Source: Octopus vulgaris
Taxonomy: Eukaryota
Length of the DNA stretch: 64,000 bases
Assembly (NCBI GenBank): GCA_951406725.2
Contig: OX597816.1
Span: 111,414,001 to 111,478,000 of the forward strand
Reading direction: 5' to 3'
The notes under the pieces were generated by a model, which was given only the letters and a program-made list of their open reading frames with translations, was not told the origin of the DNA and did not search any database. Within the stretch, counting starts at the first letter, position 1, and the number at the start of each line of letters is the position of its first letter. A program made the translations under genes and the position numbers. This document shows, piece after piece, positions 11,830 to 23,355 of this stretch.

Positions 11830-13450
11830 TGTTCATGCCAGACTATGTCGCGAACTCTGTAACAGAATTCAAAAACGAACCTGACGAAGGAGCTATTTTC
11901 GAAGCATACTACAGAAGATATGAGCAAATCTTCGAGAAAAATGTAAAGATAAGGACGATGAGATGAAAACGTGCTTAATCTTGAGAAAACTTACGGTAAC
12001 AGAACATGAACGATACAGTAATTATGTATGTTACACATTCATATCTGTGTGTATATGTTGGCACACTTGTATAGAATACATCCCCACTTTTGGCACTATT
12101 TTGTTAGTGAACAATACAAACTGTGTGTAAAGTATATAATGTATTACTACGCTGAATGTCGAGTCCGTGTAACATGAATAGTAAATAAACACGTAAACAA
12201 TAACAATGGCTTTCATTTGGTTGTCTATCCCATTAGAACCCAAACTACACATAACAATGTACTCCCAAGAAAACCTTCGGACATAAACTTTAATGACAAT
12301 AGATATATTGCGTAAATTTTTCAGTGAAAAAAGCTCATTGTTCAACACCCGTTGGAAGTGTCTGAACAGAAAGAAAAAACAACGACGCGGACTACATCAC
12401 ATATGCCGGTAGATGAAACACAGAATGCGAGAAGTTTAAGCTGGACGAATTAACGCCAGATATGGTCAAATGCCTGATTTTTACACAGGGACTTACTGCT
12501 GAAAAGAAGTTAGAACTAGAATTCTCAAAAAGCGGGAACAAAACCAGGATGTAACCCTACAGTAAGTGTCTGAAGAATGTTTCAGGATAGTCAAATTAAG
12601 ACGCGACACAGAAGAAATTGAATGTAAAGATTGTTTCCAAGTAAAGCAAGTACGAAATAGTCAGAATAGAGATAAAATGTTTCCTAAAGAAAAACAGGAC
12701 AAAAATCAGGAAATAAACTCATGTTTTGCGTGTGGAGGTATACACCTGAGGAAAAATTGTCCATTTAAAAAGCGGAGAGCTTTCGTTGCGGTGATATCGG
12801 ACATTTAAAGACGCACTGTAGAACGAAGATAATAAAGCATCAGAACAAAGGAAAGCGAATAAATAGTATGTCATCGGAAAAAATTGCTAATATAACGATG
12901 AGGAAATTCGTAAAGGTGAAAATCAGAAATATAAGAGATAGAATGCAATTGAACACTGGTAGTGACATCACCATTATAAACAAAAAAAACGTTTATGTCG
13001 GTAAGCCGAAATTGATTAAATCGTAAAAGGTTGCACATGGTGTTACGGGAAAAAAGATTTTATTTTTTCGATTAATTCATATGTAATGTAACATTTCGAG
13101 GTCAAACGAAAAAGGTAAAGATATATGTATTAAATGATTCACTTAATCTATTTGGCACAGAGTGGATGGAACTATTCAAATTGTGGGATACGCCCACAAG
13201 TGTTCTGTGTGGAAATATAGTTGGGTCAGTCAAAAGTTCAAATGGATCCGAAGGATTGAAATAAATTTTTTTTTTTAAATATATTCCAAGATATTTTTTT
13301 GAAGAACTGGGTTGTAAAAAACAAAAGCTAAGATCACTGTAAAACAAAGTGCAACACTGGTCTTTAGGCCCAAACAGAATGTACCATTTGCAGCAACAGA
13401 CCAGGTTAACAAAGAACTGGAAGAAGAGGAGAAGCAGGAAAAGGTAATGG
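11830..13450 (+). pseudogene. Gypsy gag-protease-start of pol, frameshifted
   Basis: FEAYYRRYEQIF, NYVLPRKP, SLFNTRWKCLN, two zinc knuckles (CFACGGIHLRKNC, CGDIGHLKTHC), protease-like LNTGSDITII, RPKQNVPFA. Confidence 0.85.
12029..12256. mobile_element. Solo LTR (228 bp) of an unrelated LTR family
   Basis: TGTTA...TAACA termini; 5-bp TSD atgta (12024-12028, 12257-12261); removing it restores gag EHERYSNYVLPRKPSD. Confidence 0.88.
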
Positions 13451-13910
13451 TGAAGACAGAGAACGACACACCATCTACTTCAACGACTACGAAGCACTAT
13501 CCTATTAAATTACGACTACAAAATGGAGTATTTTCCGTCAAAAAAAAAAAAAACTAGGGCATGCGGATTGTTTGTCCAGACAGATACCAAAACACGGTGA
13601 GCCATTCGAAGAGACGCTAATTGCAGCTCTAAAAGCTGAAGAAGAAATTTTTTTTTAATGTGGTATGTGAGCTGCGGAAGGAGACGATGAAAGGGGAGAC
13701 AGTCACGACGGAAAAAGTAGCACCGTTGACAACTTCTGCAAAGGTAATTGACGGTGAATGACAAGCGGCTGGGAGGAAGAGAAAAAAGAAAATTACTCGT
13801 TTCCCACCCCACCCCTGCCTCCCACAAACCTAAAAAGCCAATAGTTACAAGACTTCATAAAAACAAGAACACACATAAATATTTAACAGAAACAAACGAA
13901 ATAAAGTAAA
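13450..13910 (+). pseudogene. Possible LINE ORF1 C-terminal fragment replacing Gypsy pol
   Basis: Remnants GH-RIVCP (knuckle end) and GE*QAAGRKRKKK, followed by an A-rich stretch; recognition only. Confidence 0.35.
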
Positions 13911-14118
13911 TAGTACGTAGTAGGCGGTCAGAGATAGTCGTGTCTTTATTGGTTTCACTAAGTATACTGTATACCGAAGTGGGCGTTATAACAATCCAAC
14001 ATTTTAGGGATATGACAAAAACTTAATTTCTAGGCTTTTAAAATGCACAAACCGATGAACATTCTTGTTTCAGCAAGGTTTCTGTCCCATAGCGAAATGT
14101 TCAGAATAGTGATTTTTA

Positions 14119-14470
14119 TATTATTTACATTTGACGGATATTTGTCTTCATTTTGTTTGTTGTTAACACAACGTTTCGGCTGATATACCCTGCAGTCTTC
14201 ATCAGGTGTCTTGGAGAAATTTTGAACCTGGGTTCTCATTCCTAAGGTATTTTTCGATGTTATTATTATTATTATTATTCAGGTCACTGCCTGGAACCGA
14301 ACTCAGAATCTTGGAAAAATGCCTTAGGAATGAGAATCCATGTTTAAAATTTCCTCAAGACACCTTATGAAGGCTGGAGGGTATATCCGCCGAAATGCTA
14401 TGTTAATAACAAACAAGATGAGGAGAAATATCCGTCAAATGTAAATAATGTACATAATTCCTCACCACTG
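14119..14470. mobile_element. Fold-back insertion, family H1; 12-bp TSD tagtgattttta
   Basis: Inverted arms ~14120-14255 and ~14314-14450; TSD at 14107-14118 and 14471-14482. Confidence 0.85.
14165..14210 (-). ncRNA. Minimal type I hammerhead ribozyme motif
   Basis: gacac-CUGAUGA-a-gacug(cagggUAUAU)cagcc-GAAA-cg-UU-guguu: stem I gacac/guguu, stem II with one mismatch, palindromic AACGUU stem III. Activity untested. Confidence 0.7.
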
Positions 14471-16907
14471 TAGTGATTTTTACTGTTGTAAGAAGATACT
14501 TTCGAGACAATAGTATAAATTGTGTGTTGAATTGTTTTTTAGGTTGTAGTATTGTTTCAAGGGGTGATGAGTGAAATAGAATTAGCGCATTTGATAGCAT
14601 CTTTAAGAAATTAGTTATAGAAAAATAATATTCACAAATATCAGTCTGGGAAAGTGAAACGTTTTCTTAAGTGGATGTCGTGAAAATAGTTTATTACAAC
14701 GCTGAAATAGGTACAAAAATGGTAGGATAAAATTAATGTTCATTTGTTAACTACACATAGACCTCTTTGTAAATATTTATATGTTGGATAGCTGGATGTT
14801 GAGGGAAGGTAATTTTATAGACCTTTATAAAATAATATATCTGTTGGTATTTAGATTATTTTTTGTCATTAATTTTTAACTTAGTTTTTTATACTCTAAG
14901 CTGAAGAGTTTATATCGTAAGTGCAGCGAAGTTGGTTTTATTTTTGTTTACATATATATATATATATATACATACATAAACTTGAAAGAGAGTTCAAGAG
15001 AAGTGGCGGTAATTTTTTATCTATTTCGTAAAAATTTTTCATTTTATCAGAGTTCACGAAAATTTTATCACTTTCCTTGATATAAAATTTGTTTCAGAGT
15101 TATTTTGGGAAGTAGCTAGTTTTATTTTTGAATTAAAATTTTGTATTAGACAGAACAAATCATCTTCTAGCGATTAGGTTGTAGGAAGATGTTTAGTAGA
15201 GGGCAATTAACTGTTTTTAAACCGTATTTATTTCCGGTGATATTGTCGGGTGAACTGTTTTCAAAAAAATTTTTTCCACTTGAGTTTCTTGATTAGACAC
15301 TCACTCTTTCGGAAGAAGTTTCACAGACAGTTTCTTTGAATGCATACGGATATTTTTTCCTCTAGAAAAGGAAGTATGTAGAGATTGCATCTCTAAAATT
15401 ATAGCTTATGTTGTGGAAAGTGAATAATTTGTGGAGAGCTGTTGATTAATTGATATGAGTTCTTAAAAATGTAAGCATCAGAACACTAATTGACAAAATG
15501 ACTCAATACTAAAAGACGTCTTAATATTTCTTAAAGCGAAAGAATGACTGCGGCATTGAAATTTCGTCAAGAATGACTTGTCAAATAGCGATTAGAACTA
15601 TTAGAGTAGAAATGGGGACTTTATAGTTGGGTGGAAGAATTAAGAGAAATATTGTAATTTATAGATACAAATTTGAATAGCCATTACATCATTAGGAGAT
15701 ATAATTTTATTTAAAAGCTGATTCAGTTCATTCTCGCATTAGAGTTGCTGTCAAAAAGAAAGTGAACTAACATTAATATTCATTATTGAAGATAAGTAGT
15801 TATAAAGCACTAAAGCTAAGTATTAACCTGAGTGAACGACTTGAACATAGATGGAAGGTTCTGAAATAACATAAAATAAAATAGCATAAAATAAAGTGCG
15901 GCCATTAAATAAGAGTGGTTGATACCATTATTTACAGGGATAAGGATGAATTATATAAAAACTATAGAATTATACCTTAAGACAAATTATCAATTATATT
16001 AGTAAAAACACGAAAACCCAATATACTTAAGCTACTCAAAATGTTATAGAACGGCGATGGGTGATATAGACGAGATAAGTCACGTCTGATTCGAACAATT
16101 TGGCGAGGAAAGGTGATAATATAAGAGAATAAGAAGTTAAGCTAATAACTATGAGAGATAATAGAGGGTTGTACGTATGGCAACAATTAGCAAATAGGTA
16201 ATATTGTATGAGTAAGTTAATTTAATATGTAGATAGACAAAAATATACACAAAAACACAATTTCATATAAACAAATACACACACACATACATACATATAT
16301 ATTTACATAACCAAACATAAGTAGACACTTGAGACATTCTTGCAGTGTATAGCATATCTAATAGTCATGTATGTATGCATGTGAATATATATGTGTATGT
16401 ATGTGTGTGTGTGTATAGAGTGTACTTGGCATTTGTTACCTTGTTACAATAGGGCCAGATGTTACATCTCTCGTCTCTTCAGAGAAGGCTAGTAAATTTG
16501 TGGTCTAATTATGCTGTAAACGCAGGAGTTATGTGAAAGTAGGAACAGTATAGAGAAGATTGTGATATTGAGACTAGTAATTTTGACACAAGTGAAAATG
16601 TAAAATTTAAAATACTAATAAAAATAGTGAACGTGAGAATATTGAAAACGATAAAAACAATAAAATGGAAATAATTTTTAAAAGGAAATAAAAAGTAGAC
16701 AAGTGAGATTGAAAATGTGAAAGTTGTATAAAAACGTAATAAGATTGAAAAAGAGCTAAAAGTAACTATAATTTCAAGGTGTAAGATAAAAGGGTGCTAA
16801 CGAGAAAATGGTAAAAATTGTAAGTTGAAACGAATTCAAATGTTAATGGGTTAAGGAACATTCTTGGTTTGACTAGATAGGATAGTCTAGGCCATGGAAT
16901 GTACTTG

Positions 16908-17339
16908 ATATTGGTTTCAAAGTTTAGCACAAGGCCAGCAATTTCGGGGAGGAATTAAGTTGATTACGTTGACCCTAGTGCTCAACTGGTACTTATTTTA
17001 TCGAGCCTGAAAAGATAAAGAGCAAAGTCGATCGCCAGGAAATTTGAACTCAGAACGTAAAGACGGATGAAATGTCGCTAAGCATTTTACTCGGCGTACT
17101 AACGTGTCTTATTTCTTTACTGCCCACAAGGGGCTACACACACAGGGGACAAAAAGGACAGACAAACGGATTAAGTCGATTATATCGACCCCAGTGCGTA
17201 ACTGGTACTTATTTAATCGACCCCAAAAGGATGAAAGGCAAAGTCGACCTCGGCGGAATTTGAACTCAGAATGTAGCGTCAGACGAAATACCGCTAAGCA
17301 TTTCGCCCGGCGTGCTAACGTTTCTGCCAGCTCGCCGCC
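16908..17339 (-). mobile_element. Two adjacent family A SINEs (16908-17103 tail C; 17109-17339 tail A)
   Basis: Reverse-complement match to 1781-2010. Confidence 0.88.
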
Positions 17340-17519
17340 TTGAATGATGTGATACTAATGGGTAATTTTGTGGATGTACAGTTAGTGTTGTTTATCAAAG
17401 AGGGATTAAGAATAGAGACTTAGACAAAAGGATAGGAAATGGAGAGGAGGAGAAGAAAAAGTAAGAAAAGAGAAAAGAAAATTTAAATAAAGAAATATAT
17501 GGGAGCAGATTCAGCTAAG

Positions 17520-18390
17520 AAAAAATTTCTATTGTCGAAAACAATAGCAAGTTTCTATTCTAAACTCTCTATTAGGAAGAATCGCTATTTACTGTTGACT
17601 ATTGCTCTTGTCAATGCCCACCTACTTCACTAATCCGGTCTGTGTAAGGTCTTCATACCAGCGAAGACGCTTTCAGCTTCTTGTAACCTGGTCTCTACTT
17701 ATCTATGGCGACTGTACAGCTCTGTGAGTTGTATGGTCGACCTAGATAAGTAGGTCGTGTAACCAACGACTTTAAATTGCGGACATAATACGCTATCCCT
17801 GTCTACTGACCGACAGAATTCTCTGATTTTTTAAAACTATATGTGGCTTGCCCATGCCCATAATGGTAGATTCGGAAAAAGGGCCAGTACTTGTCAGAAA
17901 TGTTTATGGAGGTTTCTGAAGCTTTTTCACCCCGTCTTCTATCGGCTATCTCCTCACAGCCCGGTCATGAGTCTAAGATGCAGTTCTAATCTCTGAACAG
18001 CACCAAAAGGTGAAACGTTCCCTGTAGACCTTTGACGTTTAAAGAAATCCAGCCATTTGTGGATGTATTGATTGCTGCCAGTTAGACGGTATCCGCTTGC
18101 AGCTGGTCATGTCCAGCACAACTGGCTTAAGCCATGGGTCTCAGAAGACAGGCTGTATTGCAAGGTCTAGACCTTTCTGAATCTTAAATTCCCATTTGAC
18201 TTGGAGGCGTGTACACCTCATAACTGTTAAAGATAAACGTGAAGGTGCTTACTTCGAAAATCCTGGTTTCGTTAATTTGTCGCGACGTCTATGCTTAGGG
18301 ACTCTAGGTGACTGGAGGGGTTACCTTGCCTCCAAGATGAGCCTCTGTCATGTGCATTTACACTGTCGTATTGTGAGTAAGGTCATGCTT
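17520..18390 (-). pseudogene. Tx1-type LINE ORF2 APE endonuclease fragment, decayed
   Basis: Minus-strand remnants LLVLFRD*NCILD (GDWN motif), RILCRSVDRDSVLCPQFKVVGYT and ALTRAIVNSK. Confidence 0.6.
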
Positions 18391-18467
18391 TTTAAAAGAG
18401 TGTAAGAGAGAGAAGCTCTTTACATTATTCCTCTTCATAAAATTGCTGGCCTTGTGACAAGATTTGA

Positions 18468-18565
18468 AATCATCATCATCATCATTATTATCATCGTCAT
18501 CATCATCATTATTATCATCATCATCATCATCATCATTATTATTATTATTATCATTATTATTATTA
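18468..18565. repeat. (ATC)n/(ATT)n microsatellite
   Basis: Directly visible. Confidence 0.95.
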
Positions 18566-19374
18566 TACACATTAGGAGATAGTCCTAATTGCCTATTATA
18601 TGATAAGTGGCACATGAGACAACTGTCTTTATTTCAAATTGTCGTCAATGTCAATATTATACAATCATGCACAAATGAAGTGACTAAGTATGGGATAAGA
18701 TTTAAATAGACAAAAGAGACATAGCAGCAATATTTCACTTAACTTTTGAATGAGAGTTGCATGCAATACAAAAGGAATTATATTTCATTGATTTTAATAA
18801 CTTAGAAAACAGTGTCAAACATTGCCCTTACATGATGCTATAATTCTGAGAAGAAAATGGGATTTTGCACTATGCTGTATAAATATATTTCTATAGATGC
18901 ACAAGCATGCATATCTGTGTGATTAAGAAATTAGCTCCCCAATCATGTAATTCAACTTCAGCTCCCACTGTGTAGCACTTTGAGGAGGTGTTTTTATCTA
19001 TAGTTCTGGGCCCACCAATATTTTGTTAGTGAAGTTGATGTTCAGAATCTGAATAAAGGCCATAACATATGTATGTATTCTGCCTGCACAGGAAGGAATT
19101 TCAACCATGTTTCGTGGTCTGCTACCACAACAGCTCCTTTATAGGATCCAGTTAGCTCAAGACATCATCAGGAGGAACCACGTCTAGTTTCGGCCTCTAC
19201 TCCTCTACCGTTTTGACGTGGTGGGGCCCCCACTTTCGGAGGTGTCTTTAGCTCAGGTGTTGGGTGCATGTCTTCTTTTTTCTGCTCCCTGGCCTCTTCG
19301 ATGTAGCATTTCCATGTTTCTTTGGGATTCTTCAAAAATTGCTCAGCTGAATGGATTTATGTTGTTGTCATTTA

Positions 19375-19805
19375 CTCTTTATTCTTTTATCTTTTAATTG
19401 TTTCAGTCATTAGACTGTGGCCATGCTGGAGCACCACCTTGAAGAGTTTTCAGCCAGATAATTCGACCTCAGTACATTTTATTTTTAAAGCCTAGTGCTT
19501 ATGCTATTGGTTTCTTTTGCTGAATTGCTAAGTTATTAGGACATAAACAAACCAACACCAGGTGTCAAAGCAGTAGCAGGGGACAAACACATACAGAAAC
19601 ACACACACACACTCACACACACTTGCACATGCACACACACATACAGTGAGCTTCTCTTTGTTTCCATCTACTAAATACACTCACAAGACTTTAGTTTTCC
19701 CAAGGCTATAGTAGAAGACACTTGCCCATGGTGCCATACAGTAGGACTGAACCTGGAACCATGTAGTTGGGAAGCAAACTTCTAACCACACAGCCACACC
19801 TGCAC
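19375..19805 (-). mobile_element. SINE family B
   Basis: gtttcagtcattagactgtggccatgctggagcacc tail and accacacagccacacctgc head. Confidence 0.85.
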
Positions 19806-21989
19806 ATGTCAACAAATCAGCCACAGGTTTTGTGCATTTGAAACATACAATAAAAGACCCCTTGTTTGAAAAAGAAAGTAAAGGTTAGAGGCAAGAAGAA
19901 CATCCACCCAGGAACGCTACTTCAATAATATACGAATCTAAGTGATGATAGCTTGAAAACATGGATATATAAACAAATAAAGAAATACAAATTATCTTCT
20001 GCATGTATGTATATATCTATAGGGTTTTGGCACAGCTGTGTAGTGTAGTTTCTTCTAGGGTTATTAATACAGCTATTTAACTTGCTAGTACTCATACACC
20101 ATTAGACTATACATGATAATGCTACCCTGAGATGGGAATACACAAGCTGAAATCTATAAAACCATGTTTAAAGGCTTGTACTTTTGGTAAATAGGACTAA
20201 TGCAATGTCATTTATAAAACACTTAAGCTAGGATGATATCTGAGTCACTAGAGAGACAGTATAGAATATGGCTTGATCAGTCACAAGTTTTTTTTTTATT
20301 TTTATTTTTTGTTTTGCTATTATTGCTTCAGATATTTGACAGGAATTGGGAAAATTGGCTGATTTATCTGAATATCTCAACAGGTAACTGTATCTCTTTT
20401 AAGTGTATGAAACACTTAAGTTTTACTTAACCTAATTCTTTGAATTTGGATTTTACGACATGCCAAACTGGCACAATTGTCTTTTAAGTTATATCAATGA
20501 TATAAGTGAATGTGTAGCAGTGGAATATATAAGAATGGTCTTTAAGCTTGTTTTAAGATTAGAATTGCTATTGGAAAGGAAAACTGCACAGTGTGAATTT
20601 CAAAGAGAATGCAATGTGCATTATGAATAGTGATATGGAGAAAATACAGTATGAAGGTATTTTAGTAGCATCACTACTGCATACAAAGAGAGACATGAGA
20701 ATAATGAGAATACTGAGAATAAAGACAGTCTTTAAGTGGGTATAATACAGATGAAGTAGATTTAAGATTAGAGAAAAACGAAAAATTACATAATGGAAGC
20801 TTCCACAAAAAATGATAAAGAATATATTGATTTTATATATTGATTTCATAGCACTGATGAAGTTTAATGCTGTTGTTTAGCTCAAATTTAAGTGCTGATT
20901 GAAAAGATCAAGAAGGTAGTCAGTCAAATGGATAATTTTGATTTACATGTCCATTCTTCCAGATATGTTTCCCTCTTCCTAACTGAAAACCTTTTAGCAC
21001 ACTCCAAGATACAGTAGTGTGTAACTTATAGCATGTAGAAGACAGAGTGTGATTGGGTGTAATCCAGGTTGGCTGCTGCTTTTCCTGAGTGATGGTGATC
21101 GTTCTGTTCTTATTTCAATGTGCTAATTGAGGTTTGGGGGTTTCTAGAACAATACATCTATAGACAAACCATCTCACTGTTTGTCTTGTACTGGAACAGT
21201 TTAGTGATTAGAAGTGTAGTGTGTGAAAGTATTTTTGAAATATAATAATGTATTAGCAAGCATCAAGAAGAAAGTTTGTTGCATGGTTTAATGTCAAGCT
21301 GTCTGTTGATACATTAATGTTAAGTTCAAAACTTTGCTATAGAAATTGATTTTAAATTATACTCAGCTTGATTCCAATATTACAACTGACTGGTTGATAT
21401 CCATAGGCATATTCTGTAATAATAATCTATAAGGAAAAAAAAAACTAAAATTATATCAAAATTATTTTGGCTTAAACATGAAAAGCTACTTGCCAGATAC
21501 ACAAAATTTCACTCATCTATTTTGTTGGGTTTCTTTTTTCCTAGTTCTACGTCTTATACTACTATCTATAATAATTTCTATGCTATTATAGAATGTGTAA
21601 ACCTCTGTACCTCCTCTTCTACAACTGATGAGAAGTGCTAACTTCTCTTTAACCCATAATGTTTCTGGCTGTTTAATCTGAAAAATGCATACAGTGGCCT
21701 TAATCTTCACAGATTCTTCTACGTTGTGCGTATGATGGTATTTTTCTTTTGTTCATTCATGTATTATGCTTAGGATTGTTTGCAATTTCCAGCCCATCAA
21801 GTAAGCCCACATTTTGTTTTAGTGATAGTGGTGGTTTAAGCCATTAAGAGTAGGTAATAGAGAAAATACAATCTTAGTTATGATACAAGAGATGGTGGGA
21901 ATGTACTACCTAAGAGATAAATGTTACAGATACAGAACTTATTCAAAGAATATAAGTCCACTCAGTCAGTGCCTGAAGTGTTATTACAG

Positions 21990-22036
<47 letters not shown>

Positions 22037-22556
22037 CATACATACATACATATATATACACTTATATACAAGTTTATGCATGTAGCTATGTATATGACAC
22101 ATGCACACATATGCATACACCATCAGATACACATACAGATATAATATTTGCTATAAATTTATATATTTTTGCAGATATATTTTAGTGGTAAATGTGTGAC
22201 CAACTAATTTAACATTCTAATTTCCAGTTGCTACTGGAACTGTTGCCCCCTTCTCTTCTTTTTTTTTTTCCATTTCATTAGTCATTGATAAGCTGGTAGC
22301 TATCATGGTCATTTCAAAGTCTTCTAGATTTGTAAGGATTTTGTAGAAATGAAGTTATTTTCAGACTGGAAAAGTAGCTTGAAAACTTGTAATATAATAA
22401 TATTCTGCCAAAGGCACTGATGAATCAATTGGTGGTATTAAACCAGACGGCAGATTTAGTCTATCACCCAAGAACTGGAGCTTATATCACTACAGGCACA
22501 AAGATTTAACAACTTACTTCTTTTATATTTCTTTGTCAAATAAAATGACTGAGTCA

Positions 22557-22786
22557 TCAATTCTTTCGATACCAACCTGGCAGAAACAAGCTCTGGCTCT
22601 GTAGTGCAAATGTCTTCTTTTCATAAGTTTTGAAATAAAATCTTCCACCAAACCTTAGTCACAATTTATGTTCCTAACACTAGCTTAATGATAACTAAGT
22701 TATTTTACTATATTCTTTGTTATATTTAAAATAACTGAAAGAAACACAGAGCATCTCAAAATAAATCCAGTAACGAAAAGGGTTAA
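22557..22786. mobile_element. piggyBac-like MITE (second degenerate copy ~29235-29650, interrupted by a SINE)
   Basis: Right end gtaacgaaaagggTTAA; left end ctttcgatacc; interior shared with 29270-29650. Confidence 0.55.
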
Positions 22787-23171
22787 AACATAATCCAATG
22801 TATCCATAACTTCTTAAAACAATAGGGTGTTATCTGAAGGAATTTGGTTGTTATTTCTAGCAGACTGGATGATAGCAACCCCTATGTGAAAGCAACCCTA
22901 ATGGTTTTTTGAACTCACAAAGAGGACAGCAAATGTCTTGGGAACATTATGAGAGCACAATGTATCTAGAGGAGGGGACAGAATTATTTTAGAAATAAAA
23001 TAATTAAACCAGGTATTTTACTTATGTATGAAATACACTTTCAAATGTCTTTGTTGCTACTAAAATATGAATAAGACAATGAACAGAAACATAGTTGCTG
23101 ATGTACAAAAATTTTATTAAACAAGTCCTTATCTTCCAAAGTAATTTTTGTAAAATTAGGGGCACCACAAA

Positions 23172-23355
23172 TCATCAGCATCATCATTTAATGTCTGCTT
23201 TTCATGCTGGCATAGGTGGGATAATTTTGACTGGAGCCAGCCAGGTAGAAGCCAGCCTGCACCAAACTTCTGTGTCTGTTTTTACAGGATTTTTACAACT
23301 GGGTGCCCTTCCTAACACCAACCACCCAGCAGAGTGGAATGAGTGCTTTTTGCAT
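23172..23355 (-). mobile_element. RTE LINE 3'-terminal fragment
   Basis: (CAT)n tail and tgcccttcctaacaccaacca shared with 57111-57290. Confidence 0.7.

Larger units (their letters stand above)
9254..14017 (+). mobile_element. Decayed Ty3/Gypsy LTR retrotransposon (K02A2.6/Mag-like) with nested insertions
   Basis: 5' LTR TG(9254)..CA(10916), interrupted by a LINE; PBS-like gtgataacgaggat; 3' LTR remnant 13912-14017 matches 10810-10916; flanks aagac/aaaac (4 of 5 match, possible TSD). Confidence 0.85.

Noticed and set aside
12031-12348. 105-aa minus-strand ORF
   Set aside because: Spans the solo LTR/gag junction antisense; chance frame.
14480-15600. Possible further decayed PLE remnant (also 38580-39500)
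   Set aside because: Only isolated peptide hints; not supportable without a profile search.
19075-19370. GC-richer segment, possibly ORF1 upstream of the Tx1 endonuclease fragment
   Set aside because: No diagnostic motif found.
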